The notes under the pieces are model-generated. The model searched no databases, was not told where the DNA came from, and worked only from the letters and a program-made list of their open reading frames with translations. Shown here piece by piece: positions 8,728 through 17,262 of a stretch of 50,385 bases of DNA. The stretch spans positions 1 through 50,385 of the forward strand of contig JAFVCQ010000233.1 of assembly GCA_017479085.1 (NCBI GenBank), written 5' to 3'. Origin of the DNA: Lachnospiraceae bacterium. Lineage in GTDB: Bacteria; Bacillota; Clostridia; Lachnospirales; Lachnospiraceae. Every line of letters starts with the position of its first letter. Position 1 is the first letter of the stretch. A program made the position numbers and the translations under genes.

Positions 8728-9453
8728 TCATAAATCTTCACTTTTCATTACGCTATGCATAGCCACGCCCTCTGGTCTGAAATCCATCTGCACTTCCCAG
8801 AACTCAACGCCTCCCTCTGACGCTTCTCTAATGGTACGGGAAACCTCCTCAAAATGGGTTGAGCGCAGACGTTCCTTTCTCTCCGTAATGCAGTACTGGT
8901 AGACCTGCAGAAAAACTGCCCGTTCATGCTCTTTCAATGACTCCGCCAGCTCATTCACATGCTTTACCATGCGATCCGTGGATGAGAACGGTTTAGGCGG
9001 AAGCGTCCTGATGTTGGCTCCGTATTTCACATTGATGGTCGTCAACGGAGTCTTGACCTCAAGATAGGTGTCGCCCACCTTGAAATCAAGTTTCGATATT
9101 CCCAGCTTTACTTCCCGCTGTATGTCATCGAAGTCAGATACGATCTGATCCAGTTCATGCTCCCGGAAGAAGTGCTCTACGAGGCGGTTGGAAAGAATCT
9201 GGTTTATTCCTATCCAGTTATCATCATCCGACAGAAGCACCGCCTCGATGTCATATTTTAGTTTGCGCTTCGGATCATCATGGAAGGACAAAAGGCATGG
9301 CAGATTCTTGTTCTCAACATCACCAATGCGGTTCGTGGTTGGGATGTGCGCCACAAACTGCTGTCCATCTACTTCCACAGTCGCTGTGAACTGGGAGTTT
9401 CTTTTTATCATCACGCCTCTGATCAAGGGACTTTCAAACCTGTATATACTCAT
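8728..9453 (-). CDS. sfsA: SfsA-family protein (sugar fermentation stimulation / nuclease-like)
   Basis: 241 aa. IKRNSQFTATVEVDGQQFVAHIPTTNRIG...WIGINQILSNRLV...SKLDFKVGDTYLEVKT follows the SfsA pattern (KRF.A.V...G....aHc.NTG...; SR.DF....y.EVK). Confidence 0.7.
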   Translation of the reverse strand: MSIYRFESPLIRGVMIKRNSQFTATVEVDGQQFVAHIPTTNRIGDVENKNLPCLLSFHDDPKRKLKYDIEAVLLSDDDNWIGINQILSNRLVEHFFREHELDQIVSDFDDIQREVKLGISKLDFKVGDTYLEVKTPLTTINVKYGANIRTLPPKPFSSTDRMVKHVNELAESLKEHERAVFLQVYQYCITERKERLRSTHFEEVSRTIREASEGGVEFWEVQMDFRPEGVAMHSVMKSEDL

Positions 9454-9480
9454 TACCCTGACCTCCTGATTAAATTCCCG

Positions 9481-10017
9481 TCAGATACTTTTGCCCAGAT
9501 CATAGGCTTTCTCAACAAACCCGCTGCTCTTTGTCATGGACGGTGTCCCGCACCCGCCGCCGAGCACCATGCCTCTATCCTCAAACTGCATATACTCGCA
9601 GATGCGGCGATAATACGCCTCAACAACGGAGAATACCGTGTTCGTATCGTCCCATGCCACCGTCAACAACACAGCCTTCTTGTGCATATTGGTAAGCTCC
9701 GTTGTGAAGCTGTAGAAGCGATCTATGACCGTTTTCAGCTGTGCAGGCCAATTGTAGTAATACACCGGCATAACGAAAACGAGCATATCTGTTTCCTTGA
9801 TCATGCTTTTGAGCTTTGTCTCATAATCGTCCTTCTGTACACAGGAACCGTTCATCCCACAGTGATTACAGCCGAGGCAGGCACGAATATCCGCACGGAT
9901 CACATCAAACTCCGTGATTTCATGTCCGTTCTCTTTCGCCCCTCGAATGAAAGCCTCTGCCAGAAGATTAGAAGAACCACGCTTGTTACCGCTGCTTTCC
10001 AAAACAAGTATCTTCAT
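9481..10017 (-). CDS. Flavodoxin-like fold FMN reductase / iron-sulfur flavoprotein family
   Basis: MKILVLESSGNKRGSSNLLAEAF...CLGCNHCGMNGSCVQKDD...DMLVFVMPVYYYNWPAQLKTVIDRF is typical of NADPH-dependent FMN reductase-like flavoproteins. Confidence 0.65.
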   Translation of the reverse strand: MKILVLESSGNKRGSSNLLAEAFIRGAKENGHEITEFDVIRADIRACLGCNHCGMNGSCVQKDDYETKLKSMIKETDMLVFVMPVYYYNWPAQLKTVIDRFYSFTTELTNMHKKAVLLTVAWDDTNTVFSVVEAYYRRICEYMQFEDRGMVLGGGCGTPSMTKSSGFVEKAYDLGKSI

Positions 10018-10019
10018 GT

Positions 10020-10394
10020 TCAGTTACCCCCTTTTTTATGAGCCGCCGAAAACTCAATCACGAGACAGATCATCGCAACAAATACGGCAATCGTTACAAT
10101 CGGCGGCCAGAAGATCATGCCGAGTATAATACCGACTGTCTTTACGCACAGATCAATAGCTATTCCTTTACGCAGTGTCTTTACCATCGGCTCCAGCACA
10201 GGATTTAAAGTTTTCAGAATTTCTGCGCTGATCTGGTTGCAGATCGTATTGATGTTGATCCACATCATTCCGAGCCAGAAGAAGGACAGCGCATATACAA
10301 TCACCTGGGAACCCAGTTCCTTCATATCACTCCAGTTCGTTCCGCCCGGAACTGCAAATTCAAGCACAACGATGGTCATGATAATCGCCATCAC
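10020..10394 (-). CDS. DUF1211/TMEM175-like membrane protein, short and possibly 5'-damaged
   Basis: The frame is open upstream of M1 and reads TKKERFVAFFDAVMAIIMTIVVLE, a DUF1211 signature, but it has no in-frame ATG/GTG/TTG. An out-of-frame ATGAAGGTGGTATAG lies just upstream, next to a T6/A6 run (10421-10426). The product is much shorter than typical family members. Confidence 0.4.
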   Translation of the reverse strand: MMAIIMTIVVLEFAVPGGTNWSDMKELGSQVIVYALSFFWLGMMWININTICNQISAEILKTLNPVLEPMVKTLRKGIAIDLCVKTVGIILGMIFWPPIVTIAVFVAMICLVIEFSAAHKKGGN

Positions 10395-10454
10395 TGCGTC
10401 AAAGAATGCAACAAATCGTTCTTTTTTCGTCGCTATACCACCTTCATAAGTATT

Positions 10455-10793
10455 TCATCTTGCTACGACCACGGTTAGCATAATCAAATCTTCCGTTCCG
10501 GTATTGATAATGCTGTGTTCCGAATCCTTCGGACATATATGCATAACTCCCGGCTTTAGCGCTTCCTCGATACCATCACAGACGGCAATGCCCACCCCTG
10601 ATAGGATATAGTTCATGTCATCACCTGAATTCTGTGTATGGATACCAATGCTGCCGCCGGGATATATAGTGGTCGGGATGATTCGGTACTTCTCATCGTT
10701 ATACATCCTTGCCGTCATGGTGCCTGTTCCACCGTTCATTCCAGGAATGGTCACCGCAGCTATTTCATTGAAATCAATCAGCATGATTGTCAC
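10455..10793 (-). CDS. Cupin domain protein
   Basis: 112 aa. IYPGGSIGIHTQNSGDDMNYILSGVGIAVCDG....PGVMHICPKDSEHSIINTG is a two-motif cupin barrel. Confidence 0.7.
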   Translation of the reverse strand: MTIMLIDFNEIAAVTIPGMNGGTGTMTARMYNDEKYRIIPTTIYPGGSIGIHTQNSGDDMNYILSGVGIAVCDGIEEALKPGVMHICPKDSEHSIINTGTEDLIMLTVVVAR

Positions 10794-10957
10794 GCTCCTT
10801 CTTCACATAGGTAAGCTGGATATCGTACCCCAACTTGTCCATCATCTTCATAGGTTTGATACAATATAACGATGCAACCCCTTTTCGCCTTATGGGGTTG
10901 CACCCGATAACGATTGCGTCAAAGGCTGCATTTGTGGGGCAGTAATGCAATCATCCT

Positions 10958-11819
10958 TCAATCCCCCTCTTCCTTGCTCTTATCTTCGAGTGCCGGCAGC
11001 CTCTCTAATGATAGTTCCGAAATTGTCTTCATTTGCTTTATCGCCATGCTTCTCAGAAGTTGTAGCCTTTCCGACATGATTTTTCCCTGTTCAATAAGTG
11101 CTGCATTATAGCTCTCCAAATTTGAGAGCACGAGAAGCTGCTGAAGTGAAGCATAATCCCTTATATTCCCCTTCTTGTCAGGATTATCATCTCTCCATTT
11201 CTTAGCGGTTATACCGAATAATGCTACATTGAGAAGATCCGCCTCATTGGCATACTTATATGTAATCTGCTCTGGTGTCAGTTCAGGCGGAATGAGGTAT
11301 TCCTTCACCGCATCCGTATGAATGCGATAGTTGATCTTCGAAATTTCTCTATGCAGATTCCAATCAAGGGAGAGACGGCTGTTTTCATCTACCTTCAGAC
11401 GCTGATAATCCTTGATGATATACAATTTGAATTCCGATGAAATCCAGGACGCAAATTCAAACGCAATATCAGAATGTGCAAAAGTACCACCGTATCTGCC
11501 GGATTTGGAAACAATGCCGATGGCGTTTGTTGCCTCAATCCATTTCTTCGGAGACATGGTAAAAGCATTGGCACCAGCCTGATTTCTAAACCCCTCGAAT
11601 TCGAGGGGTTTAAAGTCCTGATTATGTAGCCCTTCCCAAAGCCCAAGAAACTCTATTACATCTCTGTTTCTCATCCAGTTCTGAATCACAGCAGTCGGAT
11701 CATCACTTATACTTGGCAATATCTGTCAGAGATATGAATTCATTCTGAAAGTCCGTTGTGTATATTCCTATGTCCAAGCCCTTGGCATGGATCGTTTCCT
11801 TCACGATTTTCTCTGCCAC
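10958..11819 (-). pseudogene. KilA-N domain protein, frameshifted near codon 38
   Basis: GTG 11819 has SD GGAGAA and lies 2 nt after the XRE stop. It opens VAEKIVKETIHAKGLDIGIYTTDFQNEFISLTDIAKYK and stops at 11703. Track ORF 10958..11719 continues in another frame with SDDPTAVIQNWMRNRDVIEFLGLWE. Joined, the two parts give a normal KilA-N protein. The shift lies in a short A-run. Confidence 0.65.
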
Positions 11820-11821
11820 GA

Positions 11822-12034
11822 TTATTCTCCTTTTTTCACATAGTGAAGTTCTATGTCATAACCCAATGAATCATAAAGTTCTATAAAAACCTTGTTCACA
11901 AGCTTTTCCGGATGATTGATCAGTCTGCTCACATAAGATGCCGATGTTCCTGTTTTGTCGGCAAGTTCTGCCTGTGTTGTTCCTTCTTCAAGACACTTTA
12001 TTTTCAAATCAACTGCAAGATTATTCTTTACCAT
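11822..12034 (-). CDS. XRE-family helix-turn-helix regulator
   Basis: LKIKCLEEGTTQAELADKTGTSASYVSRLIN is an HTH_XRE motif. ATG 12034 is preferred over the upstream TTG (SD TGAGG 7 nt upstream). Confidence 0.8.
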   Translation of the reverse strand: MVKNNLAVDLKIKCLEEGTTQAELADKTGTSASYVSRLINHPEKLVNKVFIELYDSLGYDIELHYVKKGE

Positions 12035-12173
12035 GTCAAACCTCAAAATTAAATGTAATTGAACAATTAGGTAAATATGATTATATCAATAATCCTTTGG
12101 TTTGTAAAGATATAGTACAAAGAGGGCTCATCATCATTTCTGATGAAGAACCCTCCTGTTCATTAACAGCTCA

Positions 12174-12805
12174 TCAACACGATCCCAACCTTTTATAAAA
12201 TGCATCCAATAATTCTCCCAACGCTTCCGGTGCATCTATATTTACCTCATGCCCGGAACCCTTGATTTCTTTTAACATCCCTCTTTTCAGGCGTTTCGCC
12301 ATTTCCACCGATGCCTTCTTATTCGCAATATCTTTCTCGCCATATACAACCAAAACCGGGCAGTATATATTACGGATGCTTTTGCTGAAATCCAGTTTTG
12401 CCATGGATCCGCATAGCTTAATATAGACATTCTTCTGGAAGTCTGACTCCACAAACTTTGAATCGGGCATAAATCTGAAAATAAGATTTTGCAGCTTCAA
12501 TAACATCCCTGGCATTTTATATTGAGTCGCTATAAGTACCAGCGTCCTCACTTTTTTGGATTATCAATGGCATAATTCAGCGCCAGAACCCCTCCAAGCG
12601 ATAGCCCACACAAATCGATTTGCTCCGACTGTTTATCGCACACCTCGGAAAAAGCCCTGTACATATTATCATAAGTGACATTTCTATCCTTAATCAAATC
12701 CGCCAAATCCACGCATAACGACTTTTCATTGTCATCGAGGATGCATAGTACTTTATCCCAACTCGTGTATGTCTGACCTAATCCATGCAAAAATATCCTC
12801 TTCAT
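12174..12805 (-). pseudogene. Alpha/beta hydrolase split by a -1 frameshift in a homopolymer
   Basis: Track ORFs 12548..12805 (IFLHGLGQT...CGLSLGGVLALNYAIDNPKK, a GxSxG elbow) and 12174..12551 (VRTLVLIATQYKMP...GSGHEVNIDAPEAL, the catalytic His region) abut at the T6 run 12552-12557. One extra base would fuse them in frame. Confidence 0.75.
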
Positions 12806-12815
12806 TCTATCATCC

Positions 12816-13784
12816 TCACGGTTCTTGTTTTCGTTCTACTGTGATCCTGATATTCCCGGTGTCGGTGGTTATCTCACAGCGACCTCCGGTAATTGTCTTT
12901 GGCACATCAACACTGCCTGTATCAGTTTCAACAATAAACACTTTGTCAGTAAGCAATGTTCCTGTCACAGTTCCCGTGTCTGTACTAACATATATTGTTC
13001 CTGCATCACAGTGGTTAAATTCTATGTTGCCGGTATCTCTTTCAAGGTTAAACTCATCGGAAGCAATAACGTTTGTCATGTTCAAACTACCGGTATCACC
13101 ATCCGAAGCAAAATTCCTGCACGAAACATTATTCATGACCACTCTGCCAGTGCCTTCGGTAATACTAATATTCTCCTCAAGCTCAACATCAGATATATCC
13201 ATTCCCCCGGTATCCGATATGAGAATCATGCCAGACGCCGACAATTCAGCTATTGCTATATGCCCAGTATCTGTACTCACAGAAATATCTCCGGATACGG
13301 ATGCCTTACAGCTGATATTTCCGGTATCAAGCTTTACATCAATGCCCTCAAACGAGAAGTCGCCCGGTATCAAAACGCTTCCTGTATCACCATCTACGGT
13401 TAGGGTTCCATAATGACTATTTGGCAAATACACCGTAATCTCCGGGCTGTCCATGATAATACCCACGTTCCATTTCCATTTTTTTGACCTGACAATAGAC
13501 AAGGTATCACCCTGTATCTTGACTTCGTGCGGATCGCCTTCCTCTTCATAGCACACCACCCTGCACTTCCCATCCTCTGACAGGACAAAAGTGATATCCT
13601 CAATATCGGCACTAATGGCAATGTCTTTAAAGTCATCTCCGACATCATATGTGTTTGTTACATACTGTACCGTACTGAGTCTTTTAAAATCAAAGCCCAA
13701 AACGGCAACTGTAATAAAGCAAACAAGCACTCCTGATCCAAGCAGTATGAATGCAGCCGTAATCCATTTCTTACCCCTGCTCAT
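12816..13784 (-). CDS. DUF4097-family beta-strand repeat protein with N-terminal TM anchor
   Basis: TM helix ITAAFILLGSGVLVCFITVAVLGF, followed by many repeats of the type (S/T)DTG(N/S/H)I.... Confidence 0.8.
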   Translation of the reverse strand: MSRGKKWITAAFILLGSGVLVCFITVAVLGFDFKRLSTVQYVTNTYDVGDDFKDIAISADIEDITFVLSEDGKCRVVCYEEEGDPHEVKIQGDTLSIVRSKKWKWNVGIIMDSPEITVYLPNSHYGTLTVDGDTGSVLIPGDFSFEGIDVKLDTGNISCKASVSGDISVSTDTGHIAIAELSASGMILISDTGGMDISDVELEENISITEGTGRVVMNNVSCRNFASDGDTGSLNMTNVIASDEFNLERDTGNIEFNHCDAGTIYVSTDTGTVTGTLLTDKVFIVETDTGSVDVPKTITGGRCEITTDTGNIRITVERKQEP

Positions 13785-13787
13785 TGT

Positions 13788-14384
13788 TTATGCCTCCCTT
13801 CCGACAAGCGAAGATTTTATACCCAAAAGTATCCTCTTCGACAATTTCAAAATCGCTTTTGTAATCCATTTGCTCGCAAAAAACAATAGTATTGCGCCAC
13901 CGCCACAGGCTAAAACCATTCCAATTGCAAAAAAAATGCCAGCAAAGTTTCCTGCTCCACAATAAAGCATAATACTTATCACGCCAGATATGATCCCGAC
14001 CATCATTGACAAGTCCGCCACATAGACACAGATCACCGCTGTCCAAATCACAATATAAATAGCAATAACAACTATCACTGCCGCCAAAGCCAACGGAATC
14101 CAAACAGGCGAACCAATCACCAACAGCACGATCTCCCACGCTCTCAGGTTTCTCTTAGGCTTTACTTTCTCCTTTACGAGCTTGGCAAGAGGCGTTTCTG
14201 ACATTATTTGTTCAATGACAGAATCAACAGAACCGATCTCCGCAACAGCCTCTTCTTCCGTAATACCATCTTCCATTCGATCAACGATCATTTCCTCATA
14301 AAATGAGAGTCGTTCATCTATATCTTCCTGAGGTAATCCTGACAGACGTTTTCCCAATCCTGTCAAAAACTCTTCTCTATTCAT
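13788..14384 (-). CDS. DUF1700-family membrane protein
   Basis: Start set at MNREEFLTGLGKRLSGLPQEDIDERLSFYEEMI, the canonical DUF1700 N-terminus, which overlaps the PadR stop. The C-terminal half is multi-TM. Confidence 0.8.
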   Translation of the reverse strand: MNREEFLTGLGKRLSGLPQEDIDERLSFYEEMIVDRMEDGITEEEAVAEIGSVDSVIEQIMSETPLAKLVKEKVKPKRNLRAWEIVLLVIGSPVWIPLALAAVIVVIAIYIVIWTAVICVYVADLSMMVGIISGVISIMLYCGAGNFAGIFFAIGMVLACGGGAILLFFASKWITKAILKLSKRILLGIKSSLVGREA

Positions 14385-14697
14385 GGCCTGCATCCTCCCT
14401 TGTGATAAAGTTGTATATGGAAAGAATCTCTTTCCAGTCCTCTCTAAATTCCTCGATACGGTCCAGTCCTCGATCTGTGATGTGATAATATTTCCGAAGC
14501 CTTCCATTATGTTCGACGGATTTGACCACAAGCATCTCTGCTGTTTCAAGGCGTTTAAGGATGGTATATAGCGTAGATTCCGACAATTCCAGATATGGCT
14601 TCATATCCTTAATGATCTGATATCCATAGGAATCTTCATTTTTTATTGCAGCCAGAACACACACATCTAGTAGTCCGCGCTTTAACTGAATATCCAT
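14377..14697 (-). CDS. PadR-family transcriptional regulator
   Basis: LLDVCVLAAIKNEDSYGYQIIKDM...SESTLYTILKRLETAEMLV...RKYYHITDRG is a PadR winged helix. Confidence 0.9.
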   Translation of the reverse strand: MDIQLKRGLLDVCVLAAIKNEDSYGYQIIKDMKPYLELSESTLYTILKRLETAEMLVVKSVEHNGRLRKYYHITDRGLDRIEEFREDWKEILSIYNFITREDAGHE

Positions 14698-14710
14698 GAT
14701 TACCTCCTTT

Positions 14711-14743
14711 CATGTTATACATCGTATCACGAAGTATAACATG
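14711..14743. promoter_or_regulatory. Perfect 10-bp inverted repeat, candidate PadR operator
   Basis: catgttatac (14711-14720) and gtataacatg (14734-14743) are separated by 13 nt, and the first arm is 14 nt upstream of the PadR start. The repeat contains the ATGT...ACAT half-sites typical of PadR boxes. Confidence 0.5.
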
Positions 14744-14917
14744 ATGTCAAGTATTGATTTGTGATTTTTACTCAATAACGCAAAAAAGGCACCCAAGCCG
14801 TTAAGCCCGGATGCCGTAGTCGCTCATTCTCATTACTTCACAGTTATCTCCGCCCCGCCTTTGAATCGGACGGTTGCTGAGCCGTCATCGTGTCCACCAT
14901 GCCAAAGGAGAAAAGCA

Positions 14918-15184
14918 ATGCAGGGATACAAAGACAGACACTACGGACTGACCGGCCAGACGGTCAAAGTAAAGCTGAAGAAGGGAAACTCGGACGCATA
15001 CCCCTGGGAGGGCATGGAAGTACCGGTAAGGATCACGGCGGAGTACCCGACCTACCTTTGCGGTACGGTGCTGCCTCACAGGAACCTCAAAGGACTCGGT
15101 TCCTCCCGTGAGTACCCGATCACCATCAGCAAGCACGACATTTTCACTGGGGAAATGATAGTAAACGGAGGTGCAATCGTATGA
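14918..15184 (+). CDS. Small hypothetical protein (mobile-element-type context)
   Basis: ATG 14918 is preceded by AAAGGAGAAAAGCA. The product starts MQGYKDRHYGLTGQTVKVKLKK. The stop overlaps the next start (ATGA). I do not recognise the family. Confidence 0.45.
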   Translation: MQGYKDRHYGLTGQTVKVKLKKGNSDAYPWEGMEVPVRITAEYPTYLCGTVLPHRNLKGLGSSREYPITISKHDIFTGEMIVNGGAIV

Positions 15185-15432
15185 GCAAGATGAGCGAGCT
15201 GTCCATGATGCTGGACAGCCTGATCGACTGCGGCGAGAAGCTCACGGAAACAGCGAAGGCTCTGAAAGCCTTTTACTCCGGCACGGAAACGGAGGATGAG
15301 AAAAAGACCGATGAAGCAAAGCCAAAGCAGTCAACAAAGAAAAAGCCCACGGAGCCTGAACCGAAGCCCACTCTTAAGAAGGAAGACGTGAGGCTTCTTT
15401 TATCGAAGAAGGCTTCCGAGGATGACGGCAGG
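15181..15432 (+). pseudogene. 3'-truncated hypothetical gene with Lys/Pro/Glu-rich linker
   Basis: SD GGAGGT. MSKMSELSMMLDSLIDCGEKLTETAKALKAFY...KKEDVRLLLSKKASEDDGRY looks protein-like up to about 15432. Beyond that, the frame reads the antisense of the hsdR remnant. Confidence 0.4.
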
Positions 15433-15945
15433 TACTCATGCCATACATCCATGACATCATCGATATCATTTACTCCGGCGATAAAGGATTCGATCAGGGC
15501 TTTCTTGCTGCGTAGTTCAGGGCTGGCATCCACAGCCTTGCGTATGGTCACAAGCAGTTCCTTGTCCTCGCCGTGGCTGTCATGATATTTCTTCACAAGC
15601 ATAAGAATATAATCGATGTTAATCTCAATCTGCTTGATCAGCTCAATCTCGAATACAATATCATCGGTAATATCTGTGCTTTCCCCGCTCTCACGCTTTT
15701 TCTTCCACTCATCGCGCAAATCCTGATATTTACCAAGATAATCCTGCAAATCCCTCTCGCTGATGATTTCTTTACCAAATCATCAAATGACAGGAGCAGG
15801 TTTCTCATTCTTAAGATGGCTCCAAACAGCGCAATAAGGTCTTTTGATTCTGTTCCCCTATGACCTGCGGCTCGTCCACAGGGAACTTTGAAAGCAGATC
15901 GCGGGTCATATCCACATATCCGGATCTGCCGTAGCAAATCGGTAC
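15433..15945 (-). pseudogene. hsdR: Type I restriction enzyme R subunit (HsdR), C-terminal remnant with at least two frameshifts
   Basis: Three minus-strand frames in succession read GYVDMTRDLLSKFPVDEPQVIGEQNQK / DLIALFGAILRMRNLLLSFDD / (EIISER)DLQDYLGKYQDLRDEWKKKRE...DDIVFEIELIKQIEINIDYILMLV...ELRSKKALIESFIAGVNDIDDVMDVWHEY. This is the conserved C-terminal region of EcoR124-type HsdR. About 800 N-terminal aa and the extreme C-terminus are absent. Confidence 0.7.
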
Positions 15946-15966
15946 TCTATCTTATCCATATAATCC

Positions 15967-16422
15967 TTATTTCTCCAATCTCATCACATCGTAACAGAGA
16001 AAATCTCCGTTATCCGTATCGATGATGTTATATTCGATCTCTTTATATCCACGCTTTATGTACAGCTTTTTTGCGGGAAGCGAAGCATCTATCTGAACAT
16101 ATTCATGCGTGTTCAATATCTCCTTCTCCGCAAAATCGAGGAGAGCTTTCCCATATCCCTTATGCTGATATTCCGGCAACACGAATAACCTATGGATGTT
16201 GTCATTGGAGACAGTTACTGTTCCCACAGAAGCACCCTCGACCTCAAGGATATATACGTTTCCTTCAAGAACATCCGACAGTATATGTTCATCAGAATGA
16301 TGTGCCAAAAAGAAATCCACCGCACCGGCCGGATAATACTTTGGGTATATCGCTTTTATCGTTGTCTGGGTGATTTCCTTGATTACATCCAGATCACCCG
16401 CCTGTGCTTTAACTATTTTCAT
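15967..16422 (-). CDS. GNAT-family N-acetyltransferase
   Basis: RLFVLPEYQHKGYGKALLDFAEK is acetyl-CoA binding motif A. Size 151 aa. Confidence 0.85.
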   Translation of the reverse strand: MKIVKAQAGDLDVIKEITQTTIKAIYPKYYPAGAVDFFLAHHSDEHILSDVLEGNVYILEVEGASVGTVTVSNDNIHRLFVLPEYQHKGYGKALLDFAEKEILNTHEYVQIDASLPAKKLYIKRGYKEIEYNIIDTDNGDFLCYDVMRLEK

Positions 16423-16507
16423 TTAATGCCTCCTCTTTCTCAGCACTGCAAGAGCTGCATAATGTAACACCTCAAACTGCTCCGGAGCGATCTTATCAAT
16501 CAGTTTT

Positions 16508-16849
16508 TTATGTCTTCTTGCTTAGCGAACCAAGCACGATCTCATACGCCTTATCCAACAAATCCTTTAGGAGATCACCCGGCACTTCTCCGTCCGCCCT
16601 TATCGAATTCCAATGTGTCTTGTTCATATAGTAACCGGGAATGATATCCTCATACTGCTTTCGCAGGAAATCTCCCTCCATCGGATCAAGCTTCAAAGTG
16701 ATGTAATATGGATTACCGTCAGAGTCCATACAGACAGCAGCAAACATTTTCGCGCCTACCTGATAGCGCATCCAGTTCCAGTCTTTTTGCAAATCCTTAG
16801 TAACACCCGGCTTTCCTTTCAAGTATTCATCAATCCCAGCATATTTCAT
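16508..16849 (-). CDS. MmcQ/YjbR-family DNA-binding protein
   Basis: KPGVTKDLQKDWNWMRYQVGAKMFAAV...YITLKLDPMEGDFL...PGYYMNKTHWNSI matches the YjbR pattern. Confidence 0.75.
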   Translation of the reverse strand: MKYAGIDEYLKGKPGVTKDLQKDWNWMRYQVGAKMFAAVCMDSDGNPYYITLKLDPMEGDFLRKQYEDIIPGYYMNKTHWNSIRADGEVPGDLLKDLLDKAYEIVLGSLSKKT

Positions 16850-17262
16850 TTGTCCTTTCCTCCATAGGTTATTCTCATGGTCTCAGCTACTTTCAACAGA
16901 TTTTCTCGAACCTCTTTCGGTTCCAACACCTCCACCTTTTCTCCAAAGGTAAGTATCCAGACGAGCAGATTCTCCATGTCAGTATAATCAGCGGAAAATA
17001 AAAGCTTTCCTTCCTCTGTCTCCACATAGCAATGTGGTCCAAATTCTTCCACCAGCCTCCACTTCACTTCCGGAGCAAACAGGGCTTTGACCATGATACC
17101 GTCTGGAAATATCCTCTCATTTGACAAATCCGGCATCGGAACTTCACGACATTCAAATTCCGTATCCAGGACAGCCACCTTATCCATCCGGTTCAGCTTG
17201 AACAGACGGAAAGTCATGACCACTGGCTCTGCCGGTGGTTTGCGGAAGCCCCTCCGGGGCAT
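16846..17262 (-). pseudogene. C-terminal fragment of a WYL-domain (YafY-like) transcriptional regulator
   Basis: TFRLFKLNRMDKVAVLDTEF resembles the R.FRL.RI end of a WYL domain. It is followed by a WCX-like C-terminal domain (LLVWILTFGEKVEVLEPKEVRE). The HTH and most of the WYL domain are missing. The ORF begins exactly at the IS200 end. Confidence 0.55.

Noticed and set aside
9280-10041. Long antisense or overlapping ORFs on the strand opposite well-supported genes. Examples: 9280..10041, 12769..13413, 12825..13403, 4829..5479, 22841..23749, 27918..28550, 33638..34183 and 37853..38428.
   Set aside because: They have no SD and no recognisable motifs. Their composition is skewed, typical of shadow frames (Cys/His/Arg/Pro-rich). 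Each fully overlaps a gene with clear family signatures.
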